In this document: positions 29,113 through 43,871 of the stretch, one piece after another
Layout of the letters: each line of letters begins with the position of its first letter
How positions within the stretch are numbered: the first letter of the stretch is position 1
Assembly (NCBI RefSeq): GCF_009914755.1
Contig: NC_060948.1
Source: the human T2T-CHM13v2.0 reference genome, Homo sapiens
Length of the DNA: 64,000 nt
Direction: 5' to 3' (one strand)
Translations under genes and position numbers: made by a program
The notes under the pieces: model-generated
What the model was told of the DNA's origin: nothing
Seen by the model: only the letters and a program-made list of their open reading frames with translations
Database searches by the model: none

Positions 29113-32100
29113 GGACCCAAAAGTAATTGACTCGAATGGAGTGGATTCAAACAGAATGGATTCGAATGGAATGGCCTCGATTGGAATTTATTCAAATAGA
29201 ATGGAATCGAATGGAATGCAATACTACGAAATGGAATAGAATGAAATGGAATCGAATGGAATGGACCTGAATAGAATGGAATGGAATAGAACGGGCTCGA
29301 ATATAATGGATTGCAATGTAACTGATTATAATGGAAAGGAATCGAATGGAAAGTAATCAAAGGGAATGGAAAGGAATGCAATGGAATGGAGTAGAATGGA
29401 ATGCAATGGAATGGAACGGAATGGAATCGAGTGGAAAGGAATCGAATGGAACGGAATTGAATGGAATGAAATCTGCTGGAAAGAACTGGAATGCAATGGA
29501 CTCGAATGGAATGAACTGGAACAAATGGAATCGAAGGGATTGGAATCAAACTAAATGGAATGTAATGGAATGGAATGTCCTCGAATGGAATGGAGTCGAA
29601 TGGAATGCAAATGAGTGGAATCGAAAGCAATAGAATGAAATGGAGTGTAATGGAAAGATATCAAAAGTAATGGAATGAAACGGAATCGAACGGAATGGAG
29701 TGGAAAGGAATGGACTCAAATGTAATGAACAGGAGTGCAATGGACTCGAATGGATTGGAAAATAATGGAATGGAATGGAATGGAATGGAATGGAATGGAA
29801 TGGAATGGAATGAAATGGAAAGGAATAGAATGGAACAGAAATGGATGGAACAGAATGGAAGGGAATGGAGTCGAATGGAATAGAATCGAATGGAATGACA
29901 TCAAATGGAATGGAATGGGATGGACTAGAAAGGAATGGACTTGTAGGGAATTGAATACAATGGAACGGAATGGAATGGAATGGAAAGGAAGAGAATGGAA
30001 TGGATTAGAATGGAATGGAATGGACCCAAATGTAATGGACTGGAATGAAATAGATTCAAATAGAATGTCCTCGAAAGTAAAGGTCTCGAATTTTATTCCA
30101 CTTAAATGGAATCGAATGTAATGCAATAATAGGGTATGGAATTGAATGGAATGGAATTCAATACAATGGACAGAAATGGAATGGACTGCAATACAACAGA
30201 CTCCAAGGTAATGGAATGATATGTAATTAATTCAAGTGGAATGGATCCAATGGAATGTAATCAAATGGAATTGAATTTCATGCAATGGAAAGGAATAGAT
30301 TGGAAAGCAATGACATGGAACAGAATGGATTCGAGAGAAATGGAATCGAACGGAATGGAATTGAAAGGAATGGAATCAAATGGAATGGAATGGAATGGAA
30401 TGGAATGGATTCGAATGAAATGGACTGGAATGAAATAGAATTGAACGGATTGGAATGGAATGGAATGCAATGGAATGGAATCGAATGGAATGGAGTCAAA
30501 TGGAGTGGAATCGATTGGAATGGAATTGAATGGAATCAAAATGAATAGAATGGAATGGAAGGGAATGGAAAGATATCGAATGAAATGGAATGGAATGGAC
30601 TCGAAAGGAATGGACTGGAATGGAATGGACTTGAATGGAATTTAATGGAGTGGAATGGCACTCCAATGGATTGGAAACGAATGGAATAGAATGGAAACAA
30701 TAGAATGAAATGAAATCGGATGTAACGGAATGGAATGGAATAGAGTAGAATGGAATAGATTCAAATAGAATGTCTTTGAATGGAATGGAATGGAATCAAA
30801 CGGAATGGAATCAAATGGAATGCAAAGGAATGAAATGAGAAGGAATACAATGAAATGGAATGGCATGGAATGGTATGGAATGGAATGGTGTCGAAAGAAA
30901 TAGAATCGAATGGAATGACATCGTTTCGAAAGGAAAGGAATGGAATGGAATGGAATAGAATGGAATTGACGCAAGTGGAATAGAATAGAATGGAATGGTT
31001 TAGAATGGAATGGAATGGAATGGAATGGAAAGGAATGGACCCAAATGTAATGGACCCGAATGGAATGAAATCAAATACAATGCCCTAGAAAGGAATGGTC
31101 TCGAATGGAATTTATTTGAATAGAATGGAATCGAATTTAATATAATTTTATGGTATGGAATCGAATGGAATGGAATCGAACGGAATGGATCGGAATGAAA
31201 TGGAATGAAATAGAACAGACTCGAATGTAATGGTCTGCAATGTAATTTATTCGAATGGAATGGAATCAAATGGAATGTAATCAAATGGAGTTGAACGGAA
31301 TGCAACAGAATGGAATAGAATGGAATGCAGTATAAAGGAACGGAGTTCAATAGAGTGAAATGGAATCGAATGAAATGGAGTCGAATGGAATGAAATTGAA
31401 TGGAATGTACAGGAATGGAATGGACTCGAATGGAACGGACTGGAACAAAATGGAATCGAATGGATTGATATAGAACTGTACAGAATGGAATGGAATGGAA
31501 GACAATGGATCCGAAAGGAATGGAGTTGAATCGAATGGAACTGAATCTAATGGAATTGAATGCTGTCGAAAGGAATAGAATGGAATGGAGTGTAATGGAA
31601 ACGTATCGAATGGAATGGAATGGAATGGACTCGAATGGAATGGGCTGGAGTGGATAGGGCTGGAATAGAATGGACCTGAGAGGTATGGACTCGAATAGAA
31701 TGGAAACAAACGGAATTTAATAGAAAGGAATAGAATGGAATGCAAACGGATGGAACGGAACGGAATGGAATATATCCCAATGGAATAAAATTGAATGGAA
31801 TTGCATCGAATTTAATGCAATGGAATGGAATGGACTTGAAAGGGATTGACTAGAATGGAATAGATAGACTGGAATGGCACTCAATGGAATGGAATGGAAT
31901 GGACAAAATGTAATGGACTAGAATGGAATTGACTCAAATAGAATGGACTCGAAAGAATGGTCTGGAATTGAATATATTCAAATGGAATGGAATTGAATAT
32001 GAAGCAATAGTATGGAATGGAATCGAATGGAATGGAATCAAACGGAATGGACCAGAATGCAATGGATTGCAATAGAATGGACTCGAATGTAATGGATTGC

Positions 32101-35100
32101 ACTGTAATAGATTCAAAGAGAATGGAACCGAATGAAATGCAATCAAAGGTAATAGAATGGAAGGACATGGAATAGAATAGGATGTGACACAATGGAATGG
32201 AATAGAATGGAATGCATTGGAATGGAACGGAGAGGAATCGAGCAGAATGGAATCCAACGGAAAGGAATTGAAGGGAATGGAATCGAATGGAATGGACTGG
32301 AATGGAATGGACTGAAATGCAAATGACTGGAACAAACTAGAATCGAACGGAATGGAATCAAACGGCATGGAATGGAATGGATTGGAGTGGAATGGAACGG
32401 AATGGAAGGAAAGGACTCGACTGAAATGGAACCGAATGGAATGGAATTGAAAAGAATGGAATTGAAGGAATTTAAAAAAAGAGAATAGAATGGAATGGAA
32501 TGGAAAGAAATCGAATCTAATGGAATGGTCTCGAATGGAATGGACTAGAATGTAATGGACCTGAATGGAAGGGACTGGAGTGGAATGGACACAAATGGAA
32601 TGGAATGGTATGGAATAGATTGGAATGGAACAGAATGGAATGGAATTGGAAAGAATGAATGGAATGGAATGGAGTCAAATGGAGTAGAATCGAGTGGAAT
32701 GGCATCGAAAGGAATGGAATAGAAATGATTCAAGTGGAAGGGACTCGAATGCAATGGACTTGAATGGAATAGAATGGAATTGAATGACTTGGAATGGAAT
32801 GGACTCGAATGGAATGATCATGAATGGAAAAGATTGGAAGGAATGGAATGGAATGGAATGGAATGGAATGGAATGGAATGGAATGGAATGGAGTGGAGTG
32901 GAGTGGAGTGGAATAGAATGGACCTAAATTTTCTGGAATCGAATGGAATGGACTCAAACAGAATGGACTCGAAAAAATGGTTTCGCTTTGAATTTATTTG
33001 TATTGAAGGTAATCGAATGGAAGGTAACAGAATGGAATGGATTTGAATGCAATGAAGTCAAATGGAATGGACTCGAATGGAATTGACAGGAATGGAATGT
33101 ACTTCAAAGGAATGGACTGGAGTGGATTGGACTCGCATGCAATGGAAACGATTGGAATGGAATGGAATGCAATGGAATGGAATTGAAAGTAATAGAATGT
33201 AATGGAATTGGATGAAAAGAAAGGGAAGAGAATGGAATCGAATGCAATATAATCGAATTGAATGGCATCGAATGTTATGAAATCGAAAGGACTCGAATGG
33301 CATGGACTCAATTGGAATGGCATCGAATTGAATGGAATGGAATGGAATGGACCCAAATGTAATGGACTTGAAACGAATGGACTGAAATAGAATAGACTCA
33401 AAAGCAATGGTCTTGAATGGCATTTATTCGAATAGAACGGATTCGAATGGAATGCAAAAGTATGAAATGGAATCGAGTGGAATCGAAAGGAATTGAATGG
33501 AATGGATTAGTATGAACTCGAATGTAATGGATTGCATTGTAATTGATTTGACTGGAATGGAATCACATGGAATGTAATCAAATGGAATGGAATTGAATGC
33601 AATAGAATGGAGTAGAATGGAATGCAATGGAATGGAATGGAGTGGAATCGAGTGGAATGGAATCGAATGGAATGAACTGGAATGGAATGGACACTAATGG
33701 AATGGACTGGAAGAAAATGGAATCGAATTGATTAGAATCGAACGGAATGGAATGGAATGGATTGGATTGGACTCGAATGCAGTGGAGTCGAATGGAATGG
33801 AACTGAAAGGAATGGAATCTAATGGAATGTAATTGAATGGAATGGAAAGGAATAGAATGGAAAAGACTGTAATGGAAAGATATGGAATGGAATGGAATGG
33901 AATGGAATGGAATAGAATGGAATGGACTGGAAAGGAATAGACTGGAAAGGAATGGACTGGAGTGGAATGGACTCGAATCAAAAGGAATGGAATGGAAAGG
34001 AATAGAACAGAATGGAATTGGATGGAACGGAATGGAATGGAGTGGAGTCGAATGGAATAGAATCCAATGGAATGGCATTGAATGAAATGGAATGCAATTG
34101 AATGGAGTTGAATGGACTCGAATGGAATGGACTCAAGTGGAATAGAACAGAAGGGAATGTCATCGAAAGGAATGGAATGGAATGGAATGGAATGCAATGG
34201 AATGCAATGGAATGCAATGGAATGGAATGGATTGGAATGGACACAAATGTAATGTACTCGAATGGAATTTACTCAAATAGAAAGGACTTGAAAGGAATGG
34301 TGTTGATTGCAGTTTATTCGAATAGAATGTATTTGAATGGAATGCAATAGTATGGAATGGAATGGAATGGAATGGAATGGAATGAAATGGAAATTACTGG
34401 AATGGAATGGAGTGGAATAGAATGGACTCGAATATAATGGTTTACAATGTAACTGTTTTGAACGTATTGGATTCAAAAGTAATGAAATCAAATGGAAAAG
34501 AATGGTAGGAAATGTAATGTAATAGAATGGAATGCAATACAATGGAACGGAATGGAATCGAGTGGAATGTAATCAAATGCAATGGAATCGAAAGGAATGT
34601 AATCCTATGGAATGGACTGAAATGGAATGGACTCGAATAGACAGGACTGGAAAAAAATATAATCAAACAGATTCGAATCTAACGGAATATAATGGAATGG
34701 AATTGAATAGAAGGGACTCAAAAGGAATGGAGTCAAATGGAATGGAACCGAATGTAATGCAATCGAATGAAATTGGATTGAAGGGAATCAAAAGGAATAG
34801 AATGCTATGCAGTGTAATGGAAAGATATTGAATAGAATGGAATGGAATGGACTCGAATGTAATGGAGTCGAATGGAATGGAATACAAGTAAATGGAATCG
34901 AATGGAATGGAATTGAATAGAATGGAAAGGAATAGAATAGAATAGAGTAGAATGGAAAGATATTGAATGGAAAGGAATGCAATGCAATGGACTCGAATGG
35001 AATGGAATGGAGTGGAATGGACCTGAATGGAATGAAACGAATGGAATGGAATGGAATGGAATACAATAGAATAGAGTAGAATGGAATGGAATCAGATGGA

Positions 35101-38100
35101 ATGGAATGGAATGGAATGAACGGGGAGGAATGGCATAGAATCGAATGGAATGGCATTATATGGAAAGGAATAGAATGGAATGGTTTCGAATGGAATGGAC
35201 TCGAATGGAATAGAATCGAATAGAATGGCATCGAATGGCATGGAATGAAATGGAGCGGAATGGATTATAATGGACCAAAATGTAACGGACTCGAAAGGAA
35301 TGGACTCCAAAGAAGTGGTCTGAAATGTAATCTATTCGTATGGAATGGAATCGAATGGAATGCAATAGTATGGAATGTAATCGAATGGAATGGAATAGAG
35401 TCGAATGGACTGGCATGGAATTTAATGGAATAGAACGGACTCGAATGTTGTGGATTGCAATGTAATTGATTCAAATGGAATGGAATCAAATAGAATGGAA
35501 TCGAAGGTAATGGACTGGAGTGGGATGGACTCGAAAGGAATGGAATGGAGTGGAATGGAATCGAATGTAATGTATTGGAATGGAATGGAATGGAAAGGAA
35601 TAGAATGGAATGGAATTGGATGGAATGGAATGGAGTCGAATGGAATAGAATCGAATGGAAAGGAATCAAACGGAAGGGAATGGACTCGAATGGAATAGAA
35701 TAGAATGGAATCGCATCGAATGGAATGAAATGGAACCCAATGGAATGGAATGGACCCAAATCTGATGGACTGGAATGGAATGGACTCAAATAGAATGGGC
35801 TCAAAACCAATGGTCTGAAAGGGTACCTATTCGAATAGAAAGGAGTTGAATGGAATTTAATATTATGCAAAGGAATCGAATTGAATGGAAACGATTGGAA
35901 TGCACCGGAATGGAATGGAGTGGAATAGAACGGACTCGAATGTAGTGAATTACAAAGTAGTTGACTCCAATGGAATGGAATAGAATAGAATGTAATCGAA
36001 TGGACTGGAGGGGATGGAATGGACTTAAATAGAACGGAATCAAAGGTAATGTATGGCAGTGTAATTGATTTGAATTGAGTTGATTCAAATGGAACTTAAT
36101 CAAGTAGAATGGAATGGGATGCAATGGACTGGAATAGAATGGAATGCAAAGGAATTAAACGGAGTGGATTCAAGTGGAATGGAATCGAATGAAATGGAAG
36201 CGATTGGAAGGGATTCGAATGGAATGGGCTGGAATGGAATGTACTGGAAAGGAATGGACTAGAACAAAATGGAATCGAATGGATTGGAAACGAACTGAAC
36301 GAAATGGAATGGAATCGAACGGAATTGAATGGAATGGAGTCTAATGGAATTGAATAGAATGCAATGGAATCAAATGGAATGGAGTTGAATGGAAACCAAA
36401 GGAATAGTATGGAATGGAGTGTAATGAAAAGATATCATGAGGAATGGAATGTAATGGACTCGTATGGAATTGGCTGGAATGGAACGGTCTCGAATGGAAT
36501 GGACAGGAGTAAAATGGACTCCAATGGAATATAAACGAATGAAATGGAATGGAATAGAAAGGAATGGAAAGGAACGGAATGGAAAGGAATAGAATGGAAT
36601 GGAATCGGACAGAATGTTATGGAATGGAAAGGAGTCAAACGGAATAGAATCGAATGGAATGGCATCAAATGGAATGGAATGGAATGGACTCCAATGGAAT
36701 GGAAACGAATGGAATACAATCGAATGGAATGGCATTGAAAGGAATAGAATGGAAAGGAATGGCATGGACTAAAATGAAATGGACTCAAATGGAATGGACT
36801 CAATAGATAGGACCCGAAAGAAATGGTCTTGAATGGTATTTATTCAAATAGAATTGAATCGAATGTAATGAAATAGTATGGAATGTAATAGAATGTAATG
36901 GAATTGAACGGAAAGAACCGGAATGGAATGGAAAGGAATAGAACTGACTCGAATGTAAGGGATTGCAATGTAATTCATTCGAACGGAATGGAATTGAATG
37001 GAATGTTAACCAATGGAATGGAATGCAATTGAATGGAATGGAATGGAATGTGATGGAATGGAATGGATTGGAATCGAGTGGAATGGAATCGAATGGAACG
37101 GAATCAAATGGAATGGTATCAAACAGAACGGACTGATATTTAATGCACTCGAATGGAATGGACTGGAAAAAAATGGAATCAAACAGTTTGGAATCGAATG
37201 GAAAGGAATGGAATGGAAGGACTCAAATGGAAAGGAGTCGAGTGTAATGGAATCAAATGGAATGGAATCAAATGTAATGGAATTGAAGGGAATCGAAAGG
37301 TATAGAAAGGAATGGAGTGTAATTGAAAGATAACGAATGGAATGCAGTTAAATGGAATGGAGTGGAATGGAATGGAATGGAATGTACTCAAATCGAATGG
37401 ACTGGACTGGAAAGGATTCAAATGGAATGGAAACGAATGTAAAGCAATGAATTGGAATGGAATGGAATGGATGAGAAGGGAAAGGAACCGGTAGGAACGG
37501 AATGTTATTGAATGGAATCAAAAGGAATAAAATCGAATGGAATGGCATCGAATGCAATGCAATGGAGTGGAATGGACTCTAAAGGAATGGACTCGAACGG
37601 AATAGAATAGAATGGAATGGAATTGAATGTAATGTAGTGGAACGGTACGCAATGGAATGGAATGGACCCAAATGTAATGGATTCAAATGAAATGGACCCA
37701 AATAGAATGGACTCGAAAGAAATGGCCTTGAATGGAATCTATTCGAATAGAATGTAATCAAATGGAATGCAATAGTATGGAATGGAAACAAATGGAATGG
37801 AATCAAATGGAATGGACAAGAATGGAAATAATTGGAATAGAACGGACTCGAATGCAGTGGATTGCAATTTAATTGATTCAAATGGAAAGGAATTGAATGG
37901 AATTTAATTAAATGGAATGGAATGGAATGCAATGGAAATGAATAGAATGGAATTCAATGGAATGGAAAGGAGTGGAATGGAATAGAATGGAATGGAATCT
38001 AATGGAATGGACTGGAATGGAATGGACTCAAATGGATTGGACTCGAATGAAATAGAATCGAATGAAATGGAGTCAAGTGGAATTTAATAGAATCGAAACG

Positions 38101-38149
38101 AACTGAATAGATTGGAATGCAGAGAAATGAAAAGATATCAAATTTAATG

Positions 38150-39420
38150 GAAAGGAAGGAACTCGAATGGAATGGACTGGAATGAAGTGAACTCCAACAG
38201 AATGGACTTGAGTGGAATATATTCGAATTGAATGGAAATGAATGGAATGGAATGGAATGGAATGGAATGCAAAGGAATGGAATGGAAAGGAATAGAAGAG
38301 AATGGAATCAGATGGAAGGGAATGGAAGGGAATGGAGTCGAATGGAATAGAACTGAATGGAATGGCATCGAATGGAATGGAATGGAATGGACTCAAATGG
38401 AATGGCATCACATGGAATAGACTGGAGTGAAATGGACACGAATGGCATTGACCAGAGTGTAGTGGACTCGAATTGAATGGAAAAGAATGGAATGGAATGG
38501 AATGGAATGGAATGGAATGGAATGGAATGGAATGGAATGGAGTGGAATGGAATCAGATGGAATGGAGTGGGATGGAATGGAATCGAATGGCATAGAATCA
38601 AATGGAATGGCATCAAATGGAGTGGATTGGAATGGAAAGGACTCGAATGGAATGGAATCAAATGGAATGGCATCAGATGGAATGGACTGGAGTGAAATTG
38701 ACTCGAAGGGAATGGACTGGAGTGTAGTGGATTCTAATTGAATGGAAAAGAATGGAATGGAATGGAATGGAATGGAATGGAATGGAATGGAATGGAATGG
38801 ATTGGAATGGAATGGAAAGGAATGGAATGGAATGGAATGGAATGGAATGGAATGGAATAGAATGAAATGGAATCACATGGAACGGAATGGGATGGAATGG
38901 AGTTGAGTGGAACAGAAGCGAATGGAATGGCATCAAATGGAATGGATGGGAATGGAATGGATCCGAATGGAGTAGAAAAGAAAGGAATTTCATTGAATGG
39001 AATGGACTGGACAGGAATGGAATGGACTCGTATGGAATGTACTGGATTAGAATGGACTCAAATGAGTGGAAAAGAATGGAATGGAATGGAAAGGAATAGA
39101 ATGGAATGGAATCACATGGAACGGAAATGAATGGAATTGAATGGAGTCAAAAGCAATAGAATCAAATGGAATGGCATCGAATGGAATGGAATGGAATGGA
39201 AACTAATGGAATAGAATCGAAAGGAATGGCATCGAATGGAGTGGAATGGAATGGAATGGACTCGAATGGAATGGAATCTAATGGAATAGAATCGAATGGA
39301 ATGGCAACAAATGGAATGGAATGGAATGGAATGGACTCGAATGGAGTGGAGTCTAATGGAATAGAATCGAATGGAATGGCATCGAATGGAGTGGAATGGA
39401 ATGGAGTGGAAGGGATCCAA
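38150..39420 (+). repeat. Expanded unit with nested ~265-bp and 75-bp reiterations
   Basis: GTGTAGTGGA...AATTGAATGGAAAAGAATGG at 38457 and 38722. CTAATGGAATAGAATCGAA at 39203, 39278 and 39353. The landmark interval here is 1749 bp (37738-39487). Confidence 0.75.
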
Positions 39421-42400
39421 ATGTTATGGACACGAATGTAAAGGAGTCAAATATAATGGACTTGAAATGAATGGTCTCGAATGGAATTTATTTGAATAGA
39501 ATGGAATCAAATGGAATGCAACAGAATGGAATGGAATCAAATGGAATGGACTGGAATGGAATGGACTGGAAAAGAACGGACTCCAATATAATGGATTGCA
39601 ATGCAATTGATTTCAATCTAATGGAATTGAATGGAATGTAATCAAATGGAATGGAATGGAATGCAATAGAATGTAATAGAATGGGATGCAATGGAATGGA
39701 ACAGAGTGGAATGGAGTGGAATGGAATCAAGAGGAATGGACTGGGATGGAGTGGAGTCCAATGGAATGGACTGCAACAAAATGGAATTGAAAAGTTTTGA
39801 ATCGAACGGAATATAATTGAATGGAATATAATTGAATGGAATGGAATGGAATGGACTCGAATGGAATGGAATCAAATGGAATAGAATTGAAAGAAATCGA
39901 AACGAATAGAATGGAATGGAGTGTAATGGAAAGATATCGAATGGAAAGGAATGGAATGCATTGGAATGGAATGGATTCGACGGGAATGGACTGGAGTGGA
40001 ATGGACTCGAATGGAATGTACTGGAGTGGAAAGAAGTCGAATGGAATGCAGTGGAGTGGAATGGTCTCAAATGAAATGGAAACTAATGGAATGGAATGGA
40101 ATGGAATGGAATGGAATGGAATGGAATGGAATGAAATGGAATGGAATGGAATCGGGTGGAACGTAATGGAATAGAATGGAGCCGAATGGAATAGAATCGA
40201 ATGGAATGGCACCAAACGGAATGGAATAGAATAGAATGCAATGGAATGGACTTGAAAGGAATGGACTCGAATTGAATACAATCAAATGGAATGGCATCGA
40301 ATGGAATGGAATGGAATGAACCCAAATGTAAGGGATTAGAATTGAATGGACTCAAATAGAATGGACTGGGAAGAAATGGTCTTGAATGGAATCTCTTCGA
40401 GTAGAACGGAATCGAATGGAATGCAATAGCATGGAATAGAATCGAATGTGTTGTAATCGATTGGAATGGACCAGATTGGAATGGGCTGGAATAGAACGGA
40501 CTCGAATGTAATGGATTGAAATGCAATTGATTCGAAAGAAATAGAATCAAATGAAATTCAATCGAATGGAATGGACCGAAATGGAATGGACTTAAACAGA
40601 AAGGAGTAGATTGTAATGGATTTCAATATAACTGATTCGAATGGAATGGAAACGAATGGAATGTATTCAAATGGAATGGATTGGAATGCAATGGACTGGA
40701 ATATCAAGTAATGCAATGGAATGCAACTGAGTGGAATCGAATGGATTAGAATCGAATGGAATGGAAGCGAATTGAATGAAATCGAATGGAATAGACTGGA
40801 ATGGAAAAGATTCGAATGGAATGGAATAGAACAAAATGGAATCGATCGGATTGGAATCGAACAGAATGGAATGGAATGGACACGAATGGAATGAAGTTGA
40901 AAGGAATTGAGAAGAATGTAATAGAATCAAATGGAATGGAAATGAATGGAAACCAAAGGAATAGAATGGACTCGAGTGAAATGGAAATATACCAAATGGA
41001 GTGGAATGGAATGCAATGGACTCGAATGGAATAGACTCGAATGTAATGGAGTAGAATGGAACGCAACCGAATGGAAAGGAATGGAATGGAATCAAAAGTA
41101 GTAGAATGGAATGAAGGGAAATGGAAACACATCGAATGGAATGGAATGGAATGGAATGGAATGGAATGGAATGGAATGGAATGGAATGGAATGGACTCGA
41201 ATTTAATGGACACGAATGGAATGGATTTGAAGGGAATGGAACCGAATGTAATGGAATCAAATAGAATGGAATGGAATGGAATCACAAGGATTAGAATGGA
41301 ATAGAGTGTATTGGAAACATATCGAATAGAATGGAATGGAATGGACTCAAATGGACTGGACCGGAATGGTAAGGACTCGAATAGGATGGAAAGTAGTAGA
41401 ATGGACTCGAATGTAATGGAAACGAATGGAATGGAATGGAATGGAAAGGAAGAGAATGGAATGGAATCTGATGGAATGGAATGCAAGGGAATGGAGTCGA
41501 ATGAAATAGAATCGAATGGAATGGCATCAAATGGAATGGAATGCAAGGGAATGGAATGGGATGGACTCGAATGGAATGGACTCGAATGGGATAGAATCGA
41601 ATGGAATGGCAACGAATGGAATGGAATGGATCAAACGTAATGGAGATGAATGGAATGGACTAAAATAGAATAGACTCGAAAGTAATGATCTCGAATGTAA
41701 TTAATTCAAATACAATGGAATCAAATGGAATGCAGTAGTATGGAATGGAATCAAACGGAATGGAATTGAATGGAATGGACCGGAATGGAATGGAATGGAA
41801 TAGAACGGACTCGAATGTAAAGAAATGTAATGTAATTGATTCGAGTGGAATGGAATGGAATGGAATTCAATGGATTGGAATATAACGGAATGCAATGGAA
41901 TGCAACGCAGTGAAATCGAGTGGAATGGAATCGAATGGATTGGAATCGAATGGAATGCAATCGAATGTAATTAACTGTAATGGAATGGACTCGAATGGAA
42001 TGGAGTGGAGCAAAATTGAATCGTACGGATTGGAATTCAATACAACAGATTGGAACGGAATGGATTGGACTCTTGGAATGGAGTCGAATGGATTGGAATC
42101 CAATGTAATGGAAACCAATGGAATGGAATTGTTTTGAATCAAAATGAATATGATGGAATGGAGGGTAAAGGAATATAGTCGAATGGAATGGAATGGAATG
42201 GAATGGAATGGAATAGAATGGAAGGCAATGGAATGGAAAAGAATAGAATGGAATGGAATCAGAACGAACGGAGTGGAATGGAATGGATTTGATTGGAATA
42301 GAATCGAATGGAATGGCATCAAATTAAATGGAATGGAATGGAATGGAGTGGAATGGACTCCAATGGAATGGAAACGAAAGGAATGGAATGGAAAGGAATA

Positions 42401-42979
42401 TAATGGAAAGCAATCGGTTGGAACGGAACAGAATGGAATGGAGTCGAGTGGTATAAAATCTAATGGGATCTCATCGAATGCAATGGAATGGAATGGACTC
42501 GAATGGAATAGAATCGAATGGAATGGCATCGAATGGAAGGGAATGGAATGGAATAGACGAGAATGGAATAGAAACAAACTTCTTGGACTCGAATGGAAAG
42601 GATTCAAATAGAATGGACTCGAAAGGAATGGTCTTGAAAGGCATTTATTTGAATAGAATGGCATCGAATGGAATGCAAGAGTACCGAATGGAATAGAATA
42701 CAATGGAATCGAATGGAAAGGACCAGAATGGAATGGACTGGAATAGAAAAGACTCGAATGTAAAGTATTGCAATGTAATTGACTCAAAAGGAAGGGAATT
42801 GAATAGAATGTAATCAAATGGAATGGAATGGACTGCAGTGGATTGGAATAGAATGGAATTCAATGAAATGGAAGAGAATGGAATGCCATGGAATGCAACA
42901 GAGTGGAATTGAGTGGAATGGAATCGAATGGAATGGACTGGAACAAAATGGAAAGGAATGGACCGGAATGGAAAGGAAC

Positions 42980-43170
42980 GGAATGGAATGGAATGGAATG
43001 GAATGGAATGGAATGGAATGGAATGGAATGGAATGGAATCAACCCGAGTGGAATGGAATGGAGTGGAATGGAATGGAATGGAATGGAATGGAATGGAATG
43101 GAATGGAATGGAATGGAATCAACCTGAGTGGAATGGAATGGAATGCAATGGAATGGAATGGAATGGAATG
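42980..43170 (+). repeat. Island of CAACCCGAGT-type Sat III embedded in nearly pure (GGAAT)n
   Basis: CAACCCGAGT at 43040-43049 and CAACCTGAGT at 43120-43129, 80 bp apart. I did not see this decamer anywhere else in the window. Confidence 0.85.
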
Positions 43171-43871
43171 GGATAAAATGGAACGGAATGCAGTGGACTT
43201 GAATGGAACAGACACGAATGGAATGGACTGGAGAGGATTGGAGACAAATCAAAGGAAAAGAATGCAACGGAATGGTATGTAATAGGAAGGAATGTAATAG
43301 GGTGAATCAAAATGGAACGAAATGGAATGGAATGGAGTCAAATGGAATAGAATCAAATGGAATGGCATCGAATGAGTGGAATGGAATGGAATGGATACAA
43401 ATGTTATGGACTGGAATGGAATGGACTCAAATATAATGGACTCAAAAGGAATGGTCTCGAATGGAATTTATTCGAATTGAATGGAATCGAATGGAATGGA
43501 ATCCAATGGAATGGACTGTAATGGAGTGGTATCGAATGAATGCACTGCAATAAAATGGAATTGAACAGATAGGAATCGAATTGAACGGAATGGAATGGAA
43601 TGGACTCGAACAGAATGGAGTCAAATGAAATGTAATCAAGTGGAATGGAATCAAATGGAATGGAAATGAAAGGAATAGACTGGAATGAAGGGTAATGGAA
43701 AGATATGGAATAGAATGGAATGGAATGGATTGGACTCGAAAGGAATGGACTGGAAAGTAATGGACTCGAATGGAATGGACTGGAGTGGAATTGAATAGAA
43801 TGAAATGGTAAAGAACTGAATGGAATGGAATGGAATGGAATGGAATGGAATGGAATGGAATGGAATGGAAT

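Noticed and set aside
32461-32490. A-rich patch TTTAAAAAAAGAG, and similar ones near 7318, 45727 and 55101
   Set aside because: The runs are short, have no target-site duplication or retroelement body, and fit mutated GGAAA/CAAAA pentamers.
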